Shown one piece after another: positions 9,028-17,938 of a DNA stretch of 64,000 nt. A program made the translations under genes and the position numbers. Within the stretch, counting starts at the first letter, position 1. Each line of letters starts with the position of its first letter. The notes under the pieces were generated by a model. It worked only from the letters and a program-made list of their open reading frames with translations, was not told the origin of the DNA and searched no databases. The stretch lies in assembly GCA_013361975.1 (NCBI GenBank), contig JABFXB010000019.1, positions 9,731-73,730 on the forward strand. The letters are read 5' to 3'. Source of the DNA: Dermatophilaceae bacterium (GTDB lineage: Bacteria > Actinomycetota > Actinomycetes > Actinomycetales > Dermatophilaceae).

Positions 9028-10109
9028 CCCCCGAGACGCTTGCTGCCGACGCGAACCTGGCCCTCTACTCGTCCATGATCGTCTTCACCCTCGCCATGCT
9101 CGCCTTCGCCTGGCACCTGGCGGCAGGGACGACGACCAGGACCTCCTCGGCCACACCCACAGCCACACCCACAGCCACGTCCACAGCTACGGCTGCGGGG
9201 GCCCGTGCGGCGCACGCCGACGCAGCAGTTGAGGAACCGTCGCTCGCTAGGGCCGGATCCGTCGGCGCCCGTACGGGGCTGCCTGGACCGGCCGGTATCT
9301 CCATCGTGCACGACGTGCGGGATGGGGCCGCGCCCATGCAGACCCAGAGCCGGGTCAGCCGCCAGCGCGGCAGTGTCGCGTTGATGCTCACGTACCTCGC
9401 GACCCTCCTGCTCATCGGGTCGGTGCTGCTGCGCGGGATCGCCGTGATGCGGCCACCGTGGGGCAACATGTTCGAGTTCACGACCGCGGCCGCCGCGGCC
9501 GTCGGCGCTGTCTACAGCGCGCTCGCCCGCCGCAACCAGTGGCAGTGGCTGGGCCTGTTCATCGTTGCGCCCATCCTGCTCGTCCTGGGCTTGTCCGTGA
9601 CCGTCCTGTACACCGAGGCCGGGGAGCTGATGCCGGCCCTGAAGTCGTACTGGCTGGGCATCCACGTCTCGATCGCGTTCCTCGCCGTCGCGTTCTTCAC
9701 CATCGGCTTCGCCCTCGGCGTGCTGTCCCTCGTGCAGGCGCACCGGGCCCGCACCGGAACCGTACGTGCCCGGTTCCTCGCCACCGTCCCGGACGCGGGC
9801 ACCCTGGAGCGCGGCGCCTACTCGCTGAACATGGTCGCGTTCATCCTGTGGACGTTCACGTTGATCGCGGGCGCGATCTGGGCCAAGGAGGCGTGGGGTG
9901 CGTACTGGCAGTGGGATCCGAAGGAGGCGTGGACCTTCATCATCTGGACGGTCTACGCCGCCTACATGCACGGTCGGGCCACCGCCGGGGTCAACGAGCG
10001 CAAGACCACCTACATCGCTCTCGCCGGCTACGTCGCGGTGATCATCAACTTCACCCTCGTGAACCTGATGGCCACCTTCGCCGGGATGCACAACTACTCC
10101 GGGATGTGA
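9024..10109 (+). CDS. ccsB: c-type cytochrome biogenesis protein CcsB/ResC (system II heme channel subunit)
   Basis: PWGNMFEF, LKSYWLGIHV, WAKEAWGAYWQWDPKE (WWD domain), C-terminal GMHNY. Confidence 0.93.
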   Translation: MTPETLAADANLALYSSMIVFTLAMLAFAWHLAAGTTTRTSSATPTATPTATSTATAAGARAAHADAAVEEPSLARAGSVGARTGLPGPAGISIVHDVRDGAAPMQTQSRVSRQRGSVALMLTYLATLLLIGSVLLRGIAVMRPPWGNMFEFTTAAAAAVGAVYSALARRNQWQWLGLFIVAPILLVLGLSVTVLYTEAGELMPALKSYWLGIHVSIAFLAVAFFTIGFALGVLSLVQAHRARTGTVRARFLATVPDAGTLERGAYSLNMVAFILWTFTLIAGAIWAKEAWGAYWQWDPKEAWTFIIWTVYAAYMHGRATAGVNERKTTYIALAGYVAVIINFTLVNLMATFAGMHNYSGM

Positions 10110-11335
10110 CCGTGCCACCTCTGGCGACGCCGTCGCGGGGCCTCGTGACGGCGCTCGCCGTCGCGGCGGTGGTGGCCGGGCTCGGCGTCGCCGTGCTGAT
10201 GACCGTCCGGTCCGACCCCGCATCGACCGCGGGGCCGGACCGCTGGCCTCCACCAGTCACGGTCACCGCTGCGGCGACGCTGCCCCCGGCTCAGGTGCAA
10301 CCGGTGCACGACGCGCTGCATGAGATCGCTGCGCGCTGCCGGCCCGCAGCCAGCGCCGACGATGTCGAGCGGGTGACCCGTGACGCTGACCTGATCCGCT
10401 CCTTCGCCCGGCGCCACCCGGAGGCCGAGTTCCTCGTCGACGACGAGCGTGGCACCACGCTCTCGCTCCTGCTGGTGACCCGACAGGCCCTGGCCGCCTG
10501 CGCCCCGACGCTCGCGGCCGCCGTCGATGCTGAGCTGCCGACGGAGTACCGCAACGCGCCCTGACGGGGGGAGGCGCAGCGCTGAAACCCTGGTGGCTGG
10601 CGATGACGCCGACGGCCCCGCGGACCGGTGCCGGCGGGCGTCGGTGGCTCTCCTGCCCATGAGCGTGCCTCCATCGACGGCCCGAAAAGGGCCGGGCTCA
10701 TCGCCGCTGCAGCCGTCCACGACTTGATGGGCGGCCGGACCTGGCCGGACCTCGTCACGGTCGCCAGACTCGAGGACGTCCTGGTCCTCACCTTGTGGCC
10801 GGGCCGGGACGACCTCGGCGGACGACTCCGCGGCCGCCCCGACCGAGGGGTGGCCGCGGTAGATGATGACCAGGCTGGCGAACGGAGCGCCGGTGGTGGC
10901 GCTGCCGAACTTCAGCCGGCCGCGGACGTAGCGGACCTCGGCCCCTTCGGCCAGGACGTGGTCGTGGAACCACCGGGTGTCCGTGCGTGCCGGCACGAGG
11001 CACACGACGGTTGCGCCGGCTCGGGCCGTCGCCGCGGCCTTGGCCATCCAGTCGCCGATGGTGCGGCCGTAGACGGGGTTGAGCCAGACCGCCCCCTGGT
11101 GGGTGCGGGCGTCGGCGGCCCAGTCGCCGGCGAGACCGTCGCGGCGGTCAGGGTCAGGGTGGTCGAGGGCGAAGAAGTGCGGGGCCTTGTGGTTGGTGGT
11201 GCTCGAGCATGCGTCGAGGACGAAGCCGAACTCGGCGTCGAGCGCGTCGTAGAACGCCTGGGGGGTCGCCCAGTCGTCGGACGCCGAGGAGAACATCACC
11301 TTGGCGATGGCGGGGTTGGATGTGGTCGCGGACAT
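10094..11335 (-). CDS. Phage-type DNA N6-adenine methyltransferase (domain ~10850-11335; long read-through tail)
   Basis: MFSSASDDWATPQAFYDALDAEFGFVLDAC, WLNPVYG, VVCLVPARTDTRWFHD, VRGRLKFG and APFASLVII are hallmarks of the phage Dam family. Confidence 0.85.
   Translation of the reverse strand: MSATTSNPAIAKVMFSSASDDWATPQAFYDALDAEFGFVLDACSSTTNHKAPHFFALDHPDPDRRDGLAGDWAADARTHQGAVWLNPVYGRTIGDWMAKAAATARAGATVVCLVPARTDTRWFHDHVLAEGAEVRYVRGRLKFGSATTGAPFASLVIIYRGHPSVGAAAESSAEVVPARPQGEDQDVLESGDRDEVRPGPAAHQVVDGCSGDEPGPFRAVDGGTLMGRRATDARRHRSAGPSASSPATRVSALRLPPSGRVAVLRRQLSIDGGRERRGAGGQGLSGHQQERERGATLVVDEELGLRVAPGEGADQVSVTGHPLDIVGAGCGPAARSDLMQRVVHRLHLSRGQRRRSGDRDWWRPAVRPRGRCGVGPDGHQHGDAEPGHHRRDGERRHEAPRRRRQRWHGHIPE
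10106..10564 (+). CDS. Hypothetical membrane-anchored/exported protein
   Basis: GTGA overlap with ccsB; N-terminal TM; helical domain with two Cys. Confidence 0.65.
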   Translation: MTVPPLATPSRGLVTALAVAAVVAGLGVAVLMTVRSDPASTAGPDRWPPPVTVTAAATLPPAQVQPVHDALHEIAARCRPAASADDVERVTRDADLIRSFARRHPEAEFLVDDERGTTLSLLLVTRQALAACAPTLAAAVDAELPTEYRNAP

Positions 11336-11552
11336 GAGCGGCTGCCTCGAGGGTTCGGTGAGAACCGCCGAGTCGGGCACCCGGTGCGGGTGGGGGTTGC
11401 TCGGCGAGGCGTCCGTTGGGCAGCGGGTGCTGCTGGCCGCGGGTTCAGCGGCTGAGGTGATGTGGCTGGGACGTGCGCTGAACCGCTGACGACTGTGCCC
11501 GGGCATGGTTGGATCGGTGGGCCGATACAGCCGGGACGACAGGGGAAGCCGC

Positions 11553-12266
11553 GTGGCGCAGCAGGACTGGGAACGCACGCTGGGCTGGCTGCTCGCGCCC
11601 ACGGACGAGAACGGTCGCCGCGTCTCGAGCGCACCGCCGCCGGAGGCGCCGGCGAGCTGGCCCGCTCCGCGCGGCCGCCGCGGCCCGGACGGGAAGTGGC
11701 GGTGGACGTTGGCGACCCGCCCGGACGAGAGCTACGTCAACGACCTGGAGCGGCGCAGCGTCGAGGGCTACCGGCACCTCGCGTCACAGCTGGTGGGGGC
11801 CCGGGCTTCCCGGGGGCTGACTCTGCGGTCGTTGAGCGGCCAGACCGGGCTGGCGCTGTCGGTCCTGACCGGGCTCGAGCAGGGCAGCGCGTGGCCGAGC
11901 TTCGAGACGGTGGCCATCGTCGCCGACGTGCTGGGCTGCCGGGTGCAGGTGCTTGGCTCCCCGGCCGGTGACGCCGCCGAGCACGGCGGCGCTGCAGCGG
12001 CCCGGGTGGCGTCCTGGCGCCGCGCTGGTTACGGGCCAGCCATCCCCGGGCAGATCGAGGCCTTGGGGCAGCTACAGCAGCGGATGTGGGCCGCTGGAGT
12101 CTCCAGGAGGGCGGTCGCCCGCGCGGTGGGGGTGCGCCACAACACCGTCACGGAGCTGTACCACCTCAAGGGATTCCGCTTCGTCAGCATCCGCACCCTC
12201 GCAGCCCTGTGCGCGCACCTCGGGACCCGACTCGAAGCCGTCCCCGTCGACGCGCCATGGGCCTAG
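11553..12266 (+). CDS. XRE-family regulator with two tandem HTH domains
   Basis: GLTLRSLSGQTGLALSVLTGLEQGSAWPSFETV and GVSRRAVARAVGVRHNTVTEL. Confidence 0.8.
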   Translation: MAQQDWERTLGWLLAPTDENGRRVSSAPPPEAPASWPAPRGRRGPDGKWRWTLATRPDESYVNDLERRSVEGYRHLASQLVGARASRGLTLRSLSGQTGLALSVLTGLEQGSAWPSFETVAIVADVLGCRVQVLGSPAGDAAEHGGAAAARVASWRRAGYGPAIPGQIEALGQLQQRMWAAGVSRRAVARAVGVRHNTVTELYHLKGFRFVSIRTLAALCAHLGTRLEAVPVDAPWA

Positions 12267-12337
12267 CCGCACGAGTCGCAGCTCCGCCTCAGTCGCTACC
12301 TCCCGAGGTGACCGCCCATCGTCGGAGGCTCCCGAGT

Positions 12338-13234
12338 TCAGCGCTCCGGTGGCTCGACAAATGGCAGTGCGACCGCAGCTAGTTTCGTCTGCATGTTCAG
12401 GTCGCTGGTCGCGACGACCAGCGCTGAGCCCGAGTGGCGGCTCTGCAGAAGAAGGGCTGAGGCCACGAAGCGGTCGTCAGGCACGTCGAGGTCGAGCCAC
12501 GACGGAAGACCTTCGCGGCGTGGTTCGAGGTGCTCGAACGCCGCCCACACGTCGCCCGCCACCTTGGCGCCCGTACGGACGTCGCCGTTGTCGCGCAGCC
12601 CCTTGAGGCGGCGATCGGCCTTGCGTGCTGCCTCTCGGACCGTGTCGTTGCGGCCGGCGCGCTTCAGGTCATCGAGTTCGCGCAGGACAACCGGCAGGAT
12701 GTGCGCCATGTACCGCCTCCCGATCACGGGGGCGTAGGCGGCCAGGTCGGGCTCGTCCAGGAGTGCGTTGGTGTCCACCACGAGCCTGTGCTTGAACTCG
12801 TCGTCCGGCAGGAGCTCGCGAGCGGCCCGCAGGGTTGCGACCGAGTCCTCGACCGCCGCGAGCGCAGCGGGGATGCTGACCGGGACGGACCTGTCGTTGC
12901 CGTTGCCCCGCAGCAGCCACCTCTCGAGGTGCTTGATGGCCTTGTCGTGACGCTTCTCGACCTGGGCTGTCGGATGGGGGAACAGCAGCCGGAAGCGCGG
13001 AGCCCAGTCGCGCAGCCGTGTGAGAACGGACATTCGGGCGGCTTCGAGCTCGCCATCGCTGGGGGCCCACCCATGGGTGGCGTAGCCGATCCAGCTGATG
13101 CCCCCACCGCCGTGACGGTTTGGGTCGATGTTCCGAATCTCGGACCTCTGGAGCACCGCTGCGTAGTCGGCAGCAATCGCGTCGAGCTCCGCCATCAGTG
13201 TGTCGGCGTACGGCGTGGGCGGCGTCCTCGGCAT
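12338..13234 (-). CDS. PIN-domain ribonuclease with N-terminal helical domain
   Basis: LVVDTNALL, VVLRELDDLK, PDDRFVA and ATSDLNMQTK carry the acidic PIN catalytic residues. Confidence 0.87.
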   Translation of the reverse strand: MPRTPPTPYADTLMAELDAIAADYAAVLQRSEIRNIDPNRHGGGGISWIGYATHGWAPSDGELEAARMSVLTRLRDWAPRFRLLFPHPTAQVEKRHDKAIKHLERWLLRGNGNDRSVPVSIPAALAAVEDSVATLRAARELLPDDEFKHRLVVDTNALLDEPDLAAYAPVIGRRYMAHILPVVLRELDDLKRAGRNDTVREAARKADRRLKGLRDNGDVRTGAKVAGDVWAAFEHLEPRREGLPSWLDLDVPDDRFVASALLLQSRHSGSALVVATSDLNMQTKLAAVALPFVEPPER

Positions 13235-13556
13235 GTGGAGGACCGTACCCGAGAACCTCACCGCGTCCGGGTGCCTCAGTAGCGCTGGTCGGCGGGCCCG
13301 AGGAACGACCGGGAGGCAGCTCGGAGGTCTTGCTCACTGGTGGGCACCGGGTGACCATCTCACGGCCGGTGACCCGGGCCGCAGCGGCGGACGGTCACAG
13401 GACGCCCGTGCCGGTCACCGGGGCGACGACGCCTGCCCTCTGCGCTTCCAGCGCATGTGCAACCGACGGTGATGGGTGGACGTCGGTCTACTGGCGTGGC
13501 CAGCTACCGAGAAGCAGGCCCCACGAGAGGAGGGACCAGGTGAGAGCCGCTTAGGC

Positions 13557-13709
13557 TCAGTCCTCCGCGCGCCACACAGGGTCGCGACGGGTGCGGGCCG
13601 ACACGCGCGCGACGCGCTGAGCGCTGGGGGCAGTGACGGCTGGCTTCTCAGAGCTCTGAACGAGCTTCATCGTACGAATGCGTGCATCCGCGCGGGCAAC
13701 ACGAGCCAT
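13557..13709 (-). CDS. Small basic ORF (50 aa)
   Basis: AAGGAGG RBS and TAAAGT -10-like hexamer upstream; MARVARADARIRTMKLVQSSEK...WRAED. Confidence 0.4.
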   Translation of the reverse strand: MARVARADARIRTMKLVQSSEKPAVTAPSAQRVARVSARTRRDPVWRAED

Positions 13710-13833
13710 GGATACCCCTCCTTCGCGCTCAACTTTACCGCCTCGGCTTCCATCCCGGCCTGAGACACCTGACCGACCGGCAGACCCAGCATGGTGCGCG
13801 TTGCCTCAAGGACGGCAACACGCTCACGCCTGA

Positions 13834-14127
13834 TCACCGCGTGTGCTCGTTGGTGGTCCGCGTCACCAAGTCGTGTCTGGAGACGGTGCGCACGTCGGAG
13901 CAGACCACCTTGCCACCCTGTCAGAGGGGCACCTCGAACTGACGGGCCGGGGCCGGGTTGCTCGTCTTGCGACAGACGATGAACAGGTCGTATCCCAGCT
14001 CGGACGCGTAGGTCTCGCTTGAGACGATGACGACCGGCTTCGCGCCCTCGCCAGGGATGAAGAGCTCGGCGAAACGGATATCCCCTGGGTAGGGCGCCAA
14101 CGGTGCGCGCGACCCAGGGGGCCGCAC
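13834..14127 (-). pseudogene. PemK/MazF-family toxin remnant
   Basis: PGDIRFAEL...KPVVIVSSETY...TSNP...FEVPL, TGA at 13921-13923, then in frame QGGKVVCSDVRTVSR. Confidence 0.65.
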
Positions 14128-14187
14128 CGATGGCGTCCGGGCATCGAGCTGGTTCCGCCCATGCGCACCGGGCTCAAGGGACGCGGG

Positions 14188-14207
14188 TGATCTTCATGAA
14201 ATCTTCA
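14188..14207 (-). promoter_or_regulatory. CopR-like box upstream of the M23 peptidase
   Basis: Minus strand TGAAGATTT-ca-TGAAGATCA, the closest match to TGAAGATTTnnTGAAGATTT. Confidence 0.85.
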
Positions 14208-14236
14208 GGGATCTCACCGGTCACTCTGGTCACACG

Positions 14237-15757
14237 TTGAGTACACGTTTCCTTATGCTCCTGCGCCCACCTGTCCCCGTGCCCACCTCGCCGGCACGGC
14301 CGCGCCGGCGGCGCACGCGCCATGTCGCTGTCGTGACCGTCCTGATCGCCGTCACGTCAAGCTGGCCGGCGGGCGCCGACAGCATCGAGGACCAGAAGCG
14401 TGAGGCGGACCGTGACGTTGCACGCATCGAGCAGGTGGTTCGTAACACCGGTGCGGACCTGGCGGCCGCGTACGTCACCCTGAGGAGCACTGAGGCGCGC
14501 CTTCCACGCGCCGGTCAGGCGCTGACCCGCGCGCGCCAGGTCCTTACCGCCTCGATCGCCGCCGAGCGTGACGCCGTGCTCACCCGGGAGCGAGCCGTCC
14601 GCGCGCAGCAGGAGGCCAAGGCCCGATACGAGGCGGTCACCCAGCGGCTCGCGGAAGCGGTGGCGAGGCAGCAGCGAGCCACCGAGCAGCGCGCGCTTGA
14701 CGCCGACCGGCTCGACGCGTCCCAGGACGCCCTCGACGCGTACGCAGCTGAGGTGTTCCAGTCCGGCCAGCCGTCACCGCAGCTGAGCCTGCTCCTGGGC
14801 ATGTCGTCACCGCGAACGCTGGCTGAGCGTTCGGCCCTGGCCGACATCGCCAGCCAGATCGGTGCCGATGCCATCGACCAGGTCGGTGTCGCCGCGAGCG
14901 AGAGCAGGGCCACGCAGGGGTACCTGACCGCGGTGGCCGCCGAGGTCCGTGCGCTCCGTGGGCAGGTCCGTCAGTCCTGGGAGCAGGCGCAAGCGGCAAC
15001 TGGGACCGCCACGTTCGCGGCCAGTCAGGCCGAGATCGCCAAGCGGAACGCGGTGACCGCGCGCGACAACGCGGCCGCGGCACAACGATCGCTGCAGGTG
15101 CTGCGCACGAGCCAGACCCGCCAAACTCAGGAGCTCACCGTTCGCAAGGCTCAGGAGGAGAGTGAACTCGCGGCCAAACGTGCGGACGCCCGCCGCCTGC
15201 AGACTGTCCTGCTCGAGCGGGCCCGCATCGCCCGACGGGCCGAGCAGCTGCGCGAGGCGGCCCGAGCCGCGAAGATCCGGGCCGAGAACGCGAAGGCGGC
15301 CGCGGCGCGCCGAGCGGGACGGACGTATCGGCCATCGCTCCCGCCGCCCGTGACCCGCACGAACGGAGGGCTGGGCAGTCCCCTCGCGGGCACGATCACC
15401 TCGCGCTACGGCATGCGGTGGCACCCGGTGCTGCAGCGGTGGATGCTCCACGACGGCCTCGACATCGCCGCCGCGTGTGGAACGCCGGTGTACGCAGCCG
15501 CTGACGGGCAGGTCATGCGCGCCGGCTGGAACTCGAGCGGCTGGGGGAACCAGGTCCTCGTGGACCACGGCATCCGCCGCGGCGTCGACCTGGTCACCAG
15601 CTACAACCACCTGTCACGGGTCGCCACGTGGGACGGCCCCGTCCGGCGAGGCCAGGTCATCGGGTACGTGGGGACGACAGGCTTCTCGACCGGATGTCAT
15701 TTGCACTTCGGCACTTACGAGGACGGTCGTCCTGTAAACCCGGACGGGTGGCTGTGA
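14237..15757 (+). CDS. M23 metallopeptidase with signal peptide and long coiled coil
   Basis: HDGLD (HxxxD), SYNHLS, STGCHLHF (HxH); exact start uncertain. Confidence 0.92.
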   Translation: MSTRFLMLLRPPVPVPTSPARPRRRRTRHVAVVTVLIAVTSSWPAGADSIEDQKREADRDVARIEQVVRNTGADLAAAYVTLRSTEARLPRAGQALTRARQVLTASIAAERDAVLTRERAVRAQQEAKARYEAVTQRLAEAVARQQRATEQRALDADRLDASQDALDAYAAEVFQSGQPSPQLSLLLGMSSPRTLAERSALADIASQIGADAIDQVGVAASESRATQGYLTAVAAEVRALRGQVRQSWEQAQAATGTATFAASQAEIAKRNAVTARDNAAAAQRSLQVLRTSQTRQTQELTVRKAQEESELAAKRADARRLQTVLLERARIARRAEQLREAARAAKIRAENAKAAAARRAGRTYRPSLPPPVTRTNGGLGSPLAGTITSRYGMRWHPVLQRWMLHDGLDIAAACGTPVYAAADGQVMRAGWNSSGWGNQVLVDHGIRRGVDLVTSYNHLSRVATWDGPVRRGQVIGYVGTTGFSTGCHLHFGTYEDGRPVNPDGWL

Positions 15758-15813
15758 CCCGCCTCGGGTGGTGTCACGGCGCCACCGGCGACCGACCCGG
15801 CGTGACCGTGCCG

Positions 15814-16075
15814 TGTCGACGGTGCACCTCGCAGCGTCGACGGTGCACCTCGCAGCCGCGGACGCCGGCGAGTTGGCCGCGGGCGTTGGCACGCGCGTCA
15901 CGGCCTCCCGGTGCCTCCCGGTGCCTCCCGGTGCCTCCCGGTGCCTCCCGGTGCCTCCGGGTGCCTCCCGTGCTGACGTCGCCGCGACGAGTCCCCGGCA
16001 TGAGGCCCCAACATGAGTCCCCGGCATGAGTCCCCGGCATGAGTCCCCGGCATGAGTCCCCGGCATGAGTCCCCG
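15814..16075. repeat. Cluster of tandem repeats: 21-bp x2, GTGCCTCCCG x~7, GAGTCCCCGGCAT x~7
   Basis: Read directly between the M23 gene and lnt. Confidence 0.92.
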
Positions 16076-16123
16076 CAAGAAGGCCGCGGCATGAGGGTCG
16101 CGTCCAGGCCCCGAAGGAGGAAC

Positions 16124-17938
16124 GTGACGCGCCGGTCGGTCGACGCGCTGTCTACGGCTGACACGGCGACCGGCGGGCTCTCGGCACGGCCCCCCAGCGC
16201 CCGCGACGAGAGCCGTGTCCCGGTGTCACCTCGGTCGCTCCGGTCGCTCCGGTCGTTTCGCGTCTTGCTGGCCCTGGTGGCCGGTGGTCTCTTGTCGGTA
16301 GCGTTTCCCACGGCCAATGTTTGGGTGGCCGCGCCGCTGTCGATGAGCCTGCTCGCCCTCGTCCTGACCGGCACCGGCGCTCGGAAAGGCTTCATGCTGG
16401 GCCTGACCGTCGGGGCGGCGTTCTTCCTCCCGAGCCTGCAATGGTCTGGGATCTACGTCGGGCCGGTTCCCTGGGTCGCGCTGTCCCTGCTGGAAGCGTT
16501 CTTCCTAGCGCTGTTCGGTGCGCTCTACGGGTGGCTGAGCAGCTCAGGCCGGGTCCGACCGGTGGCGTTCGCGCTCGCCTGGGTTGTCGCTGAGGGCGTC
16601 CGGGCCCGGGCGCCCTACGGCGGCTTCCCCTGGTTGAAGGTCGCGTTCAGCCAGGCGGATTCACCGTTCGGTCGGCTCGTGGCTGTGGGTGGCACCCCCG
16701 GCGTGGCGCTCGTCGTCGCTCTCACCGGCGCGCTCGCTGCTGTGGCCGCCCAGCAGGTTCTGCGCGCGGACCGGGCGGGGCGCGCGAGGCCACCCGCCGG
16801 GGTGGTACGCGCCGTGCCGGCTCTGGGGGTCGCGGCGGCGCTCACGCTGTCCGGCTACGCGGTGCCGCTGCCGGTCCAGGGCCCGACGGCGCAGTTCCTC
16901 GGAGTTCAGGGCAACGTCCCGCGGGCCGGGCTGGACTTCAACAGCGAACGGCGAGCCGTCTTGGACAACCACGTGGACGCGACCGCGCGCGCGCAGCAGG
17001 ACGTGACCGCCGGTCGCGCGCCCCGGCCCGACCTCGTGGTGTGGCCGGAGAACGCCTCCGACATCGACCCCCTGCGCAACGCGGACGCACGCAACCTGAT
17101 CGAGGGGACGGTTGCCGCGGTGGGTGCCCCGCTCGTCGTCGGGGGTCTGCTCGAAGAGCCCGCGCACCAGCTCTCGAACGTGGCGCTGCTGTTCGAGCCC
17201 GGCCGGGGCAACACCGCTCGCTACGTGAAGCAGCACCCGGTCCCGTTCGCCGAGTACATCCCGAACCGTGCGTTCTGGCGCCTCATCAGCCGCCAGGTGG
17301 ACCTGGTCCGGCGAGACATCGTGGCCGGAGCGGGTGCCGGGATCTTCTCCACGACCGCCGCCAGCGGGGTTCAGATCCGCGCGGGGCTCGCCATCTGCTT
17401 CGAGGTTGCGTACGACGCTCTCATGCGTGACGCGGTCGAGGAGGGCGCGAACGTGCTGCTGGTGCAGACGAACAACGCCACGTTCGGGTTCACGGCCGAG
17501 TCACCACAGCAGCTCGCGATCAGCCGTGTCCGTGCGATGGAGTTCGGCCGGTCGGTCGTGCACGTCTCCACCGTGGGGCAGAGCGCTCTCATCCGGCCGG
17601 ACGGCACCGTCCTGCAGACCACGGAACTGTTCACCCAGGCGGTGGTCCGGGGTGCGCTCCCGCTGCGGGTGCAGCGCACCCTGGCCACCCGCCTCGGCGG
17701 CCTTCCCGACGCGGTGGCGACGGCGGCGCTGGTCGTGCTCGTGGCCGCCAGGCTCCGGACGAGGAGCCGGGGCGCGGGCAAGGGCCGGGGCGGGGGCGCG
17801 GGTCGTCGGGCAGGTGGCGCGAAGTGGTGGAGCGCCGCAGGCCCGGTGGCACGCCGCCGCCCGCGCCGGGCACGTCTGCAACGAGCGTGCCCGCCGCGTG
17901 CGCGGACGTCCGGTCCCGACGTGCCTAGGAGCTTGTGA
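16124..17938 (+). CDS. lnt: Apolipoprotein N-acyltransferase
   Basis: PYGGFPW, VQGN, VWPEN, YVKQHPVPFAEY, ICFE, QTNNATFG (E-K-C triad); AAGGAGG RBS before GTG 16124. Confidence 0.93.
   Translation: MTRRSVDALSTADTATGGLSARPPSARDESRVPVSPRSLRSLRSFRVLLALVAGGLLSVAFPTANVWVAAPLSMSLLALVLTGTGARKGFMLGLTVGAAFFLPSLQWSGIYVGPVPWVALSLLEAFFLALFGALYGWLSSSGRVRPVAFALAWVVAEGVRARAPYGGFPWLKVAFSQADSPFGRLVAVGGTPGVALVVALTGALAAVAAQQVLRADRAGRARPPAGVVRAVPALGVAAALTLSGYAVPLPVQGPTAQFLGVQGNVPRAGLDFNSERRAVLDNHVDATARAQQDVTAGRAPRPDLVVWPENASDIDPLRNADARNLIEGTVAAVGAPLVVGGLLEEPAHQLSNVALLFEPGRGNTARYVKQHPVPFAEYIPNRAFWRLISRQVDLVRRDIVAGAGAGIFSTTAASGVQIRAGLAICFEVAYDALMRDAVEEGANVLLVQTNNATFGFTAESPQQLAISRVRAMEFGRSVVHVSTVGQSALIRPDGTVLQTTELFTQAVVRGALPLRVQRTLATRLGGLPDAVATAALVVLVAARLRTRSRGAGKGRGGGAGRRAGGAKWWSAAGPVARRRPRRARLQRACPPRARTSGPDVPRSL

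Noticed and set aside
13921-13923. Selenocysteine or programmed read-through at the in-frame TGA of the MazF-like gene
   Set aside because: Not a catalytic Cys position, and the gene is also damaged at its 3' end; simple nonsense mutation is more likely.
15901-16075. CRISPR or iteron array
   Set aside because: Simple 10- and 13-bp GC-rich tandem units; no spacers, rep gene or AT-rich origin.
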